Shown: in pieces, positions 37,607-50,195 of the stretch | Numbering within the stretch: the first letter of the stretch is position 1 | Layout of the letters: each line of letters opens with the position of its first letter | Translations under genes and position numbers: made by a program | NCBI GenBank assembly: GCA_030038655.1 | Contig: JASHSP010000062.1 | Coordinates: 1 to 56,161, forward strand | Source of the DNA: Thermoplasmata archaeon | GTDB lineage: Archaea; Thermoplasmatota; Thermoplasmata; Lutacidiplasmatales; UBA184 | Direction: 5' to 3' | Length of the DNA stretch: 56,161 bases | Notes under the pieces: model-generated | Seen by the model: the letters and a program-made list of their open reading frames with translations, nothing else | Databases searched by the model: none | What the model was told of the DNA's origin: nothing

Positions 37607-39421
37607 TCAGTCCGCCAGCATCCGCGCGACCGGGGCCGCGAGGAGGGGCACCGTCTCCTCGACGGACCCCACGATCCCGACGTCCACGTCGTGGAAGAGC
37701 GGTGCCTCGGGATCCGGGTTGACCCCGAGCACCGCCCGAGCCCGCTTCCAGCCGATCATGTGGTTGGGCGCCCCCCGTACTCCGATCAGGATCGCGAGGC
37801 GGGGCGCGAGGAACCGACCGGTCAGGCCGACCTGCAGCTGACGGGGCACCCACCCCGCGTCCACCACGCGTCGCGTCGCGGTGAGCGAGGCGCCCCAGGC
37901 GCGAACGGTCGGCCGGAGGCGGGCGATCCCTTCCGGACCCCCGACGCCCATGCCGACCGCGACGACGACCTCGGCTCCCTCGACCCGGGGGCCCGGTTCC
38001 ACCTCGCGCCCGTCGGCCTCTCGAACGACGCGCACCGGGACCCGGGGCGCGGGGAGGGGGTCCCAGCGCAGCCCCCCTCCGGCGCCCGGCCGGACGGACG
38101 GAGCGAACGTTCCGGGCCGGATCGTCGCCACGCCGGGTCGGGTCCGCGTGCGGATCCGCGCGAGCGTTCGCCCGCCGAACGACGGCTTCGTCCAGACGAT
38201 CGTCCCGTCGGGCGCGACGCCCGCGGCGACCGCGTCGCCGACGAGCCCGAGACCGCGATGGGCGGCGACCTGGCCCGAGACCTCCCGGCCGTATGGGTCG
38301 CTGGGGAACACGACCGACGCGATCTCACGGCGGACTTCGAGCAGCCGCTCGATTGCGGCCGCCGTCGACCCCGCGTCGAGGTCGCGGGCCCCCCGCTCGA
38401 GGAGGTGGCCCGCCAGAGCCCCCGCGACCTCGAGTCGGAACGTCGCGTCCTCGGGGGGTGGGGGTCCCACCCATACCGCCGAGGGCCAGAACCCCGGCAG
38501 CGCGCGCCGGACCTCCGAGATCGGGCCGAGCGACCCGGCGTCGAGCGAACCGTCGCACGCGGTGGCGAGGACGGCCACTTCGCGGCGTGGGTCGAGGCGC
38601 GGCGGGGCCGGCGGGATCCCCGTCGGAGGCTCCGCGCGCCGGACGAGGAGCGGACGAAGTGCCGCCAGCGCGCCGCGCACCCGGTCCTCGACGGGACCTT
38701 CCGCGAAGACGCGGGCGGCGCGGGTCGGGGCGGCGTCCTCGACCGCCTCCACGACCGTCGGCGAGCCCGCCACGCCGACGAGCGCCCGGTCGATCCCGAG
38801 CGCGGCCGCTCCCACCACCTCGACCGCCGTTTCGGAAAGTGCGGCGACGCGCTCCGGATCGGGTCGGAGCGGCTTCGCGATCTTCTCGCCCACCGCCACG
38901 AGCAACGGAGCCTCGGCGCGGACCCGGGCCCAGCCGAGCGGCGTATCGACCTCGAGCGTGAACCGATCGCCGTCCTCGGTCCGGGCGATCGCGCGGGCGC
39001 CGGTCACGACCGGGATCCCGAGCAGCCCGGCGACCTCGGGACCGACCTCTCCGGTCTCGCTGTCCGTGGTCCACGCGCCCGCCAGGATCAGGTCCCGGCC
39101 GATAGGCCCGATCCCGCGCACCAGCGCTCGCGCCGTGGCGAGGACGTCGGAGCCGGCGAGCACCGGGTCCGACACGAGCCGGACCCGGTCCGCTCCGACC
39201 GCGCGGGCCTCCCGGAGAGCCGGGAGCGCGTTGGCCGGCCCCATCGAGACCACCCGCACGCTCTCGCCGGGCCGCCGCATCTCGATCGCGACGCGCAGGG
39301 CCCGCTGGTCGAACGGGTTGAGGAACAGTTCCGCCCCCTCGCGGACCACGGCCCCGCGTCCGGGGTCGAAGCGGAGCGCCTCGAGCGCCGGGACGACCTT
39401 GGCGAGAACGACGAACTCCAT
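37607..39421 (-). CDS. Fused electron transfer flavoprotein beta-alpha
   Basis: Beta part: KVVP, NPFD, SMGP, GSDVLATA. Alpha part: VAVGMG, VDAGW..QVGLTG, NPDPEAPLF. One open frame. Confidence 0.88.
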   Translation of the reverse strand: MEFVVLAKVVPALEALRFDPGRGAVVREGAELFLNPFDQRALRVAIEMRRPGESVRVVSMGPANALPALREARAVGADRVRLVSDPVLAGSDVLATARALVRGIGPIGRDLILAGAWTTDSETGEVGPEVAGLLGIPVVTGARAIARTEDGDRFTLEVDTPLGWARVRAEAPLLVAVGEKIAKPLRPDPERVAALSETAVEVVGAAALGIDRALVGVAGSPTVVEAVEDAAPTRAARVFAEGPVEDRVRGALAALRPLLVRRAEPPTGIPPAPPRLDPRREVAVLATACDGSLDAGSLGPISEVRRALPGFWPSAVWVGPPPPEDATFRLEVAGALAGHLLERGARDLDAGSTAAAIERLLEVRREIASVVFPSDPYGREVSGQVAAHRGLGLVGDAVAAGVAPDGTIVWTKPSFGGRTLARIRTRTRPGVATIRPGTFAPSVRPGAGGGLRWDPLPAPRVPVRVVREADGREVEPGPRVEGAEVVVAVGMGVGGPEGIARLRPTVRAWGASLTATRRVVDAGWVPRQLQVGLTGRFLAPRLAILIGVRGAPNHMIGWKRARAVLGVNPDPEAPLFHDVDVGIVGSVEETVPLLAAPVARMLAD

Positions 39422-39477
39422 GGGGAGCTCCGTCCGAAGAAGGCGGGGGCTAAGAGGCCGCCTCTCTTCCGCCCGCC

Positions 39478-40326
39478 GTGGACGCACCGCCGGGCGGCGC
39501 GCGGGAGGACACCTCTCCCGCGGCCGTCCGCCGGTACGCCGTCGCCGTCGGGATCACGGTCCTGGCGATCGTGAGCCAGTACTTCGTCCCGGAGATCGTC
39601 CCGGCCTCGCGCCCGGTCTACGCCAGCACCGCGGCGGACCTGCTGATCGTCTACGCGATCCCGGTCGTCGCGTTCTCGCTGCTGGTCGGGGCGGGACCGC
39701 TCCGGCGGTGGAGGGTACGGATGGGAACGGCCGCCTGGGAGGGGATGCGGTGGTACGGCGGACTCTCCCTGCTCGCGCTGTTCGTCACGCTCGTGCTGAC
39801 CTCGCTCTACGCCGCGTTCGACCCGGCCGCGCTCCAGCTGCTGAGCCGAACCCCGCCGCCGGTCCTCGCCGCCCGGTCGGACCCGTGGTTCTGGGTGGGG
39901 TTCTCGTTCGTCATCGGAGCGGTCGAGGAGACGATCTTCCGGGGGTGGATCTACGGCTTCTGGCGGGGGCGTGCCGCCTCCTGGCTGGTCCCCGCGGTGT
40001 GGACCAGCGTGCTGTTCGCGGGCGTGCACCTCTACTACGGCACGACCTACGGGGTCGCGGCGCCGCTGATCTTCCCGACCCTGTTCCTCATCGGGTTCGC
40101 CTTCGCGGCGACGTACCAGGCCTCCTCGGGGAACCTGGTCGTGGTCGCGGTCCTGCACGGCGCCTACGACGCGTCGGCCTTCCTCTCCCTGATCTCCCCG
40201 TCCGAGGGGGCGGTGGCGCGGTACCTGCCGGTCCTGGCGGGAGCCGTGATCGCGCTGGTCCACTATCTCGACCCGTCGTCCGGCTCGCCGGCGCTCCCCG
40301 CAGCCGCCCCGTCGGAACCGAGTTGA
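39478..40326 (+). CDS. CPBP (CAAX/Abi) intramembrane metalloprotease
   Basis: EETIFRG, FAGVH, HGAYD. Confidence 0.9.
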   Translation: MDAPPGGAREDTSPAAVRRYAVAVGITVLAIVSQYFVPEIVPASRPVYASTAADLLIVYAIPVVAFSLLVGAGPLRRWRVRMGTAAWEGMRWYGGLSLLALFVTLVLTSLYAAFDPAALQLLSRTPPPVLAARSDPWFWVGFSFVIGAVEETIFRGWIYGFWRGRAASWLVPAVWTSVLFAGVHLYYGTTYGVAAPLIFPTLFLIGFAFAATYQASSGNLVVVAVLHGAYDASAFLSLISPSEGAVARYLPVLAGAVIALVHYLDPSSGSPALPAAAPSEPS

Positions 40327-40429
40327 TGCGGCGGGCCTCCCCCAACGCGGGGGGGTGCCGGTCCCGAGAGGGGACGGGGTCGGCGCGCGGCCCGTCAGCA
40401 TCAAGAACGGGGCGCGGCTCGCCCCTGCG

Positions 40430-40861
40430 ATGGCCCCCGCGGACGCCGAGGTCCGAGCGATCCTCGAGAACGCCCGGACGATCGCGGTCGTGGGCCTCTC
40501 CGACAAGCCGGACCGCGACTCGAACGAGGTCGCCCGGTACCTAAAGTCCCAGGGATACCGGGTGGTGCCGGTCAACCCGATGCTGACCGAGGTCCTCGGG
40601 GAGCGCGCCTACCCATCGGTCTCGGCGATCCCCGGTGACCTTCGCGTCGACATCGTGGACGTGTTCCGCCGGAGCGATCAGGTGCTGCCGGTCGTCGACG
40701 AAGCGATAGCACGCCGCGTGCCGACGGTCTGGATGCAGCTGGGCGTGGAGAACGGGGAGGCGGCCGCCAAGGCTCGGCACCAGGGCCTCACCGTCCTCGA
40801 GAACCAGTGCATCATGGTCCAGCACCGACGACTCGGGATCCGTCCGAAGGGACCCGGCTGA
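40430..40861 (+). CDS. CoA-binding protein (YccU-like)
   Basis: IAVVGLS, PVNP, DIVDVFR, WMQLG. Confidence 0.92.
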   Translation: MAPADAEVRAILENARTIAVVGLSDKPDRDSNEVARYLKSQGYRVVPVNPMLTEVLGERAYPSVSAIPGDLRVDIVDVFRRSDQVLPVVDEAIARRVPTVWMQLGVENGEAAAKARHQGLTVLENQCIMVQHRRLGIRPKGPG

Positions 40862-40867
40862 CCGACG

Positions 40868-41665
40868 ATGTCGGCGAGCACTTCTCCGCCCCGGCCGTCG
40901 TCCGCGACCCCGGCGGCCGCCCCGCCCGCGGCCCCGCTCGAGGGGGCGATCTTCGACCGCGGCATCGTTAGCCGCGACACCGTTCGGGCCAGGACCTGGG
41001 AGCTGCACGGGACGGGAAAGGTGCTCGGCGCGGCGACCGTGGTCGACCTGACGGCCCAGGGTACCCTTGTCGTCGGTGGCGCGCTCGCGGCCGACCGGGC
41101 GTCGGCACGCGGAACCCTGGAGGTGGGCGGACCGATCGAGATCCGGTCCTCTCTCTCGGTCGGCGGGCGGTTGCGTGCCGCCGGCGCCGTCCACGCCGCG
41201 GAGTCCGAGCTCGTCGGGTCGACGACCATCGCGGGGGAGCTCCGGGTCGACCGGGCGCTCCGGGTCCGAGGGTCGTTGTCGGCACCCGCGCTCTGGGCCG
41301 GGCAGGTATCCCTCCGCGGCAACGCCCGGGTCCCCGGAACGATCTCGGCCCACGACGTGAGCATGGACCTGGAAGGGGACTCCGCCCTCGGCGCCATCGA
41401 GGCCGGGTCGGTGCGGCTGGTGGCCCGGGCACCCCACCCGGTCGCGCGGCTGCTCGGCCACCGGATCTCGGTCTCGGTGGAGCGGGTCGAGGCGGAGACG
41501 GCGGAGCTGACGGCGGTCGACGTGCGGTTCGTGCGCGCGAAGCGGATCACCCTCGGACGCGACAGCCACGTCGGGGCGCTCGAGGGGACCGTCGTACGCT
41601 CGCACCCCTCGAGCCGGATCGGACCCGAGTCCCGGTCCCCGCCTCCGCCCGGACTCTCTCGTTGA
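40868..41665 (+). CDS. Bactofilin-like beta-helix protein
   Basis: Periodic Gly/hydrophobic repeats (GTLVVGGAL, GTLEVGGPI, GSTTIAGEL, GNARVPGTI). Confidence 0.65.
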   Translation: MSASTSPPRPSSATPAAAPPAAPLEGAIFDRGIVSRDTVRARTWELHGTGKVLGAATVVDLTAQGTLVVGGALAADRASARGTLEVGGPIEIRSSLSVGGRLRAAGAVHAAESELVGSTTIAGELRVDRALRVRGSLSAPALWAGQVSLRGNARVPGTISAHDVSMDLEGDSALGAIEAGSVRLVARAPHPVARLLGHRISVSVERVEAETAELTAVDVRFVRAKRITLGRDSHVGALEGTVVRSHPSSRIGPESRSPPPPGLSR

Positions 41666-41720
41666 ACCGGCCCGGCCCCCCACGTCGGCCTTTATTCCCC
41701 GCGGGGCGTCGCGCTCGCCC

Positions 41721-44699
<2,979 letters not shown>

Positions 44700-45374
44700 C
44701 CCTTCGGACCCGGCCGCCGGGCTCCGTCTCGGCGAACACCTCGGCCTCGAAGCGCCGAATCCGGATCCGAGGGTCCCGCCACGCGCCCCGCGGAAGGTCC
44801 GCCTTCTCGCACGTCCCGTCCAGGAACTCCTCCGCGGACCACCCCTGCTCCGGAGCGACCTGGGGCAGGAGGAGCCCGCTCCGACCGCCCGCCTCCACGA
44901 TGAGGCCGTCGCGCCCGACCCGGACCGAGCGCGCGATCGCCTCGGCCCCGACCGCGTCGACCGGGACCGGGACGGTCAGGACCGAGACCTCGACGATCAG
45001 GTGCCCCAGCTCGGCGGCCGCGACCGGGGGGAAACGCGGGTCGTCGAACGCGGCCGAGAGGGCCGCCTGGGCGAGGGCCTGGCGCAGCGGGAGGAACGGC
45101 ATCGGGTAGCCGATGCAGCCGCGCAGGAGCCCGTCGGGGTGGCGCCGCAACGTGACGAAGACCCCGCGCGGCTGGTCGAAGACGGCGGGCCCGGGGGCGA
45201 CGTCGCCGTCCGAACGCGCCCCCCCCAGTCTCTCGGCGATCGACCGGCGGGCCCAGCGGACCGACGCCTCCCCGGCCGCGTCGTCCAGCACGGAACGGGG
45301 ACCGGGCGCGGGCCCAAAGGCGCTTCGGAGGTCCGGCGGACCTTTTATAGCGGGGCCCGGTCGGCGGCCTCCCC

Positions 45375-45527
45375 ATGCCGTTCCCCGAAGCGGTCGAGCG
45401 CCTGCTCAACAAGAAGATCTGCATGAACTGCTCGGCGCGGAACCCCCCGAAGGCGGTCCAGTGCCGCCGGTGCGGCTACAAGGGGCTGCGCGTGAAGTCG
45501 CGCGAGCGCGCCGGCAAGACGGCGTAG
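45375..45527 (+). CDS. rpl40e: 50S ribosomal protein L40e
   Basis: Not in the ORF track: [50 protein letters not shown]; TTTTATA at 45343-45349. Confidence 0.96.
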   Translation: MPFPEAVERLLNKKICMNCSARNPPKAVQCRRCGYKGLRVKSRERAGKTA

Positions 45528-45535
45528 CGCGCCGG

Positions 45536-46327
45536 TCAGGGCGCGGGGCCGGGACCGGTACCGCGGCCGAACGGTGTCGGGGGCCCCTGACGCGTCTCCC
45601 GGGCGACGGCCAGCCGCTTCTCGGCCAGGAACATCAGGTTGTGGATCCCGTCCCGCCAGCTCTGGAGCTTGGGGGGACCGGCCCGCTCCCCGTACTCGAT
45701 CGGCACCTCGAGGAACCGAAGGCCCCGGAGGACCGCCTCGATCTTCAGCTCCTCGCTGAGCGCCATCCCATCTTCCGAGAGATGGACTCGGTCAAGGACC
45801 GCCCGCCGGAACACCCAGAACCCGCTCTGGGTGTCCGCGATCGTCCCGCCCGGGAGACCCTTCAGGAACCGGTGGTAGAGAACGCGCAGGAACAGGTTGA
45901 GGACCCAGTTCCCGATACGGTGCTCGGTCGTCATCGAGCGTCGGGTGACGTAGGCGATCCGGTCCCCCGTGAGGAAGTCGATCTTCTCGTCCTCGAGCCG
46001 GCGGACGAGCTCGGGGATCCGCGCGACCGGGTACGTCCCGTCCCCGTCGGCCGTGGCCAGCACCTCCCCCCGCGCCTCGGCGAACCCGGTCTTGTACGCC
46101 CGGCCATACCCCCGGCGCCGCTCGACGACCACCCGGGCCCCCTCCGCGGCGGCGAGCGCCCCGGTCCCGTCGGTCGAGGCGCCGTCCACGACCAGGACCT
46201 CCCAGTCGACCGGGTCGTCGCGGAAGAGCGTGCGGTTCGACTCTTCCGCGGCGGCTCGGAACTGCCGGATCACCGGGCCGATCGATACCGCCTCGTTGAG
46301 CGTCGGGATCACCAGGGTCGCACGCAT
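45536..46327 (-). CDS. GT2 glycosyltransferase (dolichol-phosphate sugar synthase-like)
   Basis: VIPTLNE, VVDGASTDGT, DGD motif, DTQSGF. Confidence 0.9.
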   Translation of the reverse strand: MRATLVIPTLNEAVSIGPVIRQFRAAAEESNRTLFRDDPVDWEVLVVDGASTDGTGALAAAEGARVVVERRRGYGRAYKTGFAEARGEVLATADGDGTYPVARIPELVRRLEDEKIDFLTGDRIAYVTRRSMTTEHRIGNWVLNLFLRVLYHRFLKGLPGGTIADTQSGFWVFRRAVLDRVHLSEDGMALSEELKIEAVLRGLRFLEVPIEYGERAGPPKLQSWRDGIHNLMFLAEKRLAVARETRQGPPTPFGRGTGPGPAP

Positions 46328-46369
46328 CGGGAACGGACGGGAGCCCGCCGACCACTTAAACCGAATTGG

Positions 46370-46843
46370 GTGCTCGGCGGCAGTACGTCGCCCGCACGGA
46401 CCCCCCGGAGTTCCCGCCCGCGGCCCGCGCGACGCCACGGCAGCTTTCCGACGACCGCGGACGTGGGGATCTGGGCGACCGGCCCGGACGCGGCGGCGTT
46501 GCTGGAGGAGCTGGGCCTCGCGCTGTACGGGCTCACGACGGACCTGCGCGGCGTGCGCTCCCGGGAGGTGCGCTCGGTCCGGGCCGCGGCGGACGACGGG
46601 GCCGGGCTGGTGGTGGCGTTCCTCGGGCAGCTGCTGCTTCTCGAGGAGGAGGACGGGTTCGTCGGCCGGTCGATCGAGGCGACGGTGGGCGGGGACCCGC
46701 CCCGCACCGTGATCGCCCGGGTCCGCGGCGAGCCGTTCGACCCGGCCCGGCACGTCGCCCGCACCGAGGTGAAGGCGGTCACCCTCCACCGGCTCGAGTT
46801 CGACCCCGTGCGCGGACGCGCCCGCGCGATCGTCGATATCTAG
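46370..46843 (+). CDS. Archease
   Basis: TTADVG, GEPFD, EVKAVTLH, C-terminal VDI. Start (GTG 46370) is uncertain. Confidence 0.85.
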   Translation: MLGGSTSPARTPRSSRPRPARRHGSFPTTADVGIWATGPDAAALLEELGLALYGLTTDLRGVRSREVRSVRAAADDGAGLVVAFLGQLLLLEEEDGFVGRSIEATVGGDPPRTVIARVRGEPFDPARHVARTEVKAVTLHRLEFDPVRGRARAIVDI

Positions 46844-46850
46844 TCCGCGG

Positions 46851-47987
46851 CTACGGCATCCGTTCGACCAGCGCCCGGAGCGACGCCCCGGACGCGGGCA
46901 GCCGGCCCGCCTTCCCGAGGATCCGCTCGAGGCCGGCGAAGACCGCGTACAGGTCCGGCCAGTCCGCGATCCCCATGTGGCCGATCCGGAAGATCTTGCC
47001 GACGAGCGCTTCCTGCCCGCCCTGGACGAGCACGTTGTACTCGCGCTCGAGCACCTTCCGCACCTCGGCATCGCCGAGGCCGGGCGGGTTGTGGATCGCG
47101 GTCACCGTGTCCGAGGCCCACCGGCGGTCCGGGAACAGCTGGAGGCCGAGCGCGTCGACCGCGGCGCGGGTGGCGTCCGCGAGCCGGTGGGTCCGGGCGA
47201 GCCGCTGCTCGAGCCCCTCCTCCTTCAGGATCCGGAGCGCCTCGCGCAGCGCGAGGAATAGCGGGACCGCGGGGGTCCACGGCGTGTCGTTCTTCTCGAT
47301 CGACTTGAGGTGCTTGCCGAGGTCGAGGTAGTACGCGCGCGGCTGAAGCGCCGCGACGGCGCGGTCGGAGAGATGCACGAGCGCGAGGCCGGCCGGCGCG
47401 GCCAGCCCCTTCTGCGAGCCGGCGACGACCGCGTCGATCCCCCACGCCTCGATCGGGACGGGGATCCCCGCCACCGCGCTGATCCCGTCCACCAGGAACA
47501 GCGCCCCCGAGGCCCGCACGGCCTGGGCGATCGAGGCGAGGTCGTTGACGAGCCCCACGCTCGTCTCGTTGTGCACGGTGCAGACCGCCCGGACGTCCCC
47601 CTTCGCGAGCTCGGCGAGCACCGCCTCGGTCGGGAGCGGTTGGCCCCACGGCGCGGTCAGGGTCGTGACGTTCTTCGAAACGCGACGGACGAGGGCGTCC
47701 GTCCGCTGGCCGAAGTTCCCGTTCGACACGACCAGGGTCCGGCCGTCCGACGGGACGAGGCCCGAGTAGACCGCCTCCAGACCGGCGGTGCCGCTCCCCG
47801 TGAGGATCGCCTGGTGGCCGCGCGCGCCGAACAGGGCGGGCAGGAGCTCGCGGATCTCCTGGACGACCCCGTGGAAGAAGTCGCCGCGGTGGTTGACCGA
47901 CGGCATCGACATCGCGCGGAGGACGCGGGGGTGGATCCGCACCGGACCGGCGATGAGGAACGTGTCCGTCTCGGGGTCGAACGTCAT
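46851..47987 (-). CDS. Class V PLP aminotransferase (archaeal phosphoserine / serine-pyruvate type)
   Basis: GSGTAG, HNETS, VDGIS, GSQKGL, FRIGHMG; coupled to serA. Confidence 0.9.
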   Translation of the reverse strand: MTFDPETDTFLIAGPVRIHPRVLRAMSMPSVNHRGDFFHGVVQEIRELLPALFGARGHQAILTGSGTAGLEAVYSGLVPSDGRTLVVSNGNFGQRTDALVRRVSKNVTTLTAPWGQPLPTEAVLAELAKGDVRAVCTVHNETSVGLVNDLASIAQAVRASGALFLVDGISAVAGIPVPIEAWGIDAVVAGSQKGLAAPAGLALVHLSDRAVAALQPRAYYLDLGKHLKSIEKNDTPWTPAVPLFLALREALRILKEEGLEQRLARTHRLADATRAAVDALGLQLFPDRRWASDTVTAIHNPPGLGDAEVRKVLEREYNVLVQGGQEALVGKIFRIGHMGIADWPDLYAVFAGLERILGKAGRLPASGASLRALVERMP

Positions 47988-48934
47988 CGAGCGCCCCCGG
48001 GCGGCGCCACGAGCGAGGCGAGCGGTTCGCCGTGGAGCGCGCGGAGCACCTCGTTCACGATCTCGGCCCCGGCCCGGCGCTGGCCCTCTTCCGTCAGGGC
48101 GCCGAGGTGCGGGGTCGGGATGACCCTTGGGTCCTCCAGCAGCTCGCGGGACGTCGGCGGCTCCGTCTCGAAGACGTCGAGCGCCGCCCCCGCGAGTCGC
48201 CCGGAGCGGAGCGCCGCGAGGAGCGCCGCCTCGTCGACGAGCGCCCCGCGAGCGACGTTGACGAGGTAGGCGCCCGGGCGCATCTTCGCGAACGCCCGCG
48301 CATCGATCAGGTGGCGGTTCTCGGGAGTGAGCGCTGCGTGCAGGCTGACGATGTCCGCCGCGCCGAGCACGGCGTCCAGCGCCATCGTCTCGGTCGAGTC
48401 CCCCGAGCGGGGGACGAACGGGTCGTAGGCGACCGCCCGCGCCCCGAACGGGACGATCCGCCGCGCGACCTCGCGCGCGATCCGGCCGTACCCCACGAAC
48501 CCGACGGTCCGGCCCGCGAGCTCGTGGCCGTGGGCACCGCGCTCCCAGCGGCCGGCGCGCGTCGAGACGACCGAGCCCCACAGGCCCCGCACGAGGATGA
48601 GGTAGAGGGCGACCGTCAGCTCCGCGACGCTCGTGGCCGCGGCGCCGGGTGCGTTGGCGACACGGATCCCGCGGGCGGCGGCGGCGGCCAGGTCGATGTT
48701 GTCGACGCCGACCCCCGCGCGCGCGACGAGCGCGAGGTGGGGCGCCTTCGCCAGGAGGTCGGCGGTGACCTTCGTCCGGCTCCGGACGATCAGCCCCCAG
48801 GCGTCGCCCAGGTGCCGGGCGAGCTCCGTCGGGGTGGCGCTCGCGTCCAGGACGCGGCACGGCCCCGACCGAAGCGCCTCGAGGGCGGACGCATCGATCG
48901 GGTCGGTGACGACCACCAGCCGTTCCGCTGCCAC
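47984..48934 (-). CDS. serA: D-3-phosphoglycerate dehydrogenase (short form)
   Basis: VRSRT, RAGVGVDNID, GYGRIA, NVARG, DVFETEP, TPHLGA; TTTTTA 24 nt upstream of the GTG. Confidence 0.85.
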   Translation of the reverse strand: MAAERLVVVTDPIDASALEALRSGPCRVLDASATPTELARHLGDAWGLIVRSRTKVTADLLAKAPHLALVARAGVGVDNIDLAAAAARGIRVANAPGAAATSVAELTVALYLILVRGLWGSVVSTRAGRWERGAHGHELAGRTVGFVGYGRIAREVARRIVPFGARAVAYDPFVPRSGDSTETMALDAVLGAADIVSLHAALTPENRHLIDARAFAKMRPGAYLVNVARGALVDEAALLAALRSGRLAGAALDVFETEPPTSRELLEDPRVIPTPHLGALTEEGQRRAGAEIVNEVLRALHGEPLASLVAPPGGAR

Positions 48935-48990
48935 CGGCCCGCGGAGCGAAGGAGCCGTAAAAAGCCCTTGGGCCCGGCGGCGCCGGACGC

Positions 48991-49941
48991 TCACCGGGTC
49001 TTCGGTACCGGGGTCCGCTCCAGCGCCGACCGGGCGATCGCCTCGCCGCGGACGCCCCGGATCCACGGCTCGGGCTTGATGATCACCCGGTGCGCGAGGA
49101 CCGGCTCGACGAACAGCTTCACGTCGTCCGGAAGCACGAAGTCCCGCCCGCTGAGCAGCGCGCGGGCCCGGGCGACCTTCTGGAGCGCCAGCGCCCCGCG
49201 GGGCGAGGAACCGACCTCGACCCGGGCGTCGTCGCGCGTTGCCCGGACCAGATCGACGATGTAGCCCGCGATGGACGGGTCGATCTCCACCGACTCGACC
49301 GCCTGCTGCAGCGCCCGAAACGACGCGACGTCCGCCACGGGCTGGACGTCCACCGTGTCCTGGGTGCGCGCCCGCCGGCGCGCGAGGATCGTCCGCTCCT
49401 CCTCGGCCTCGGGGTAGCCGACCCGGAACTTGAGGAGGAACCGGTCGACCTGGGCCTCGGGCAGGGGATAGGTCCCCTCCAGCTCGATCGGGTTCTCGGT
49501 CGCGATCACGAGGAACGGATCGGGCAGCGGGTACGTCGAGCGCTCGCTCGTCACCTGGTGCTCCTGCATCGCCTCGAGCAGCGCCGACTGGACCTTCGGC
49601 GGGGCGCGGTTGATCTCGTCCGCGAGCAGGACGTTCGTGAACAGCGGGCCGGGACGGAACTGGAACCCGCCCTTCGTCGCGTCCAGGATCTCGCCACCGG
49701 TGATGTCGTGCGGGAGGAGGTCGGCGGTGAACTGGACCCGCTGGAACTCGAGCCCGAGCGCCTGGGCGAACGACTTCGCCATCAGGGTCTTTCCGAGCCC
49801 GGGGAGGTCCTCGATCAGGATGTGGCCGTTCGCGATCAGCCCGGTGAGGATCGTCTCGACCGCCTGGACACGGCCGACGACCGCGACGCGGACCGCCGCG
49901 CGGATCCGCTCCGCGAGCGCGCGCGCCTCGACCCCCTTCAT
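48991..49941 (-). CDS. MoxR family AAA+ ATPase
   Basis: DLPGLGKT, QFTADLLP, ADEINRA, ATENPIE, LPEAQVDRF; own TTTATA at 49972-49977. Confidence 0.95.
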   Translation of the reverse strand: MKGVEARALAERIRAAVRVAVVGRVQAVETILTGLIANGHILIEDLPGLGKTLMAKSFAQALGLEFQRVQFTADLLPHDITGGEILDATKGGFQFRPGPLFTNVLLADEINRAPPKVQSALLEAMQEHQVTSERSTYPLPDPFLVIATENPIELEGTYPLPEAQVDRFLLKFRVGYPEAEEERTILARRRARTQDTVDVQPVADVASFRALQQAVESVEIDPSIAGYIVDLVRATRDDARVEVGSSPRGALALQKVARARALLSGRDFVLPDDVKLFVEPVLAHRVIIKPEPWIRGVRGEAIARSALERTPVPKTR

Positions 49942-50195
49942 TCTCCGGCTCGAAAGACGGAGGCGCCGCGGTATAAAGTGGGCCCACTCGGACCGTGTAC
50001 CCCGACCGTAACGATCCGCGTCACCGTAGGCGGACGCCCTCTCGGCGGTCTGACCCCGGTCGGGGATGTCGGGCGTCGGGGTTGTCCTCGCGTCATTCTC
50101 GGCGGACGACCCGTCCGCATTGAGTCGAGAGGGACCCTTCGTCGACACCCGGGCGCGGCGCTGGGCCGCGACCGAGCCGGTATCCCGCGCCCGAC

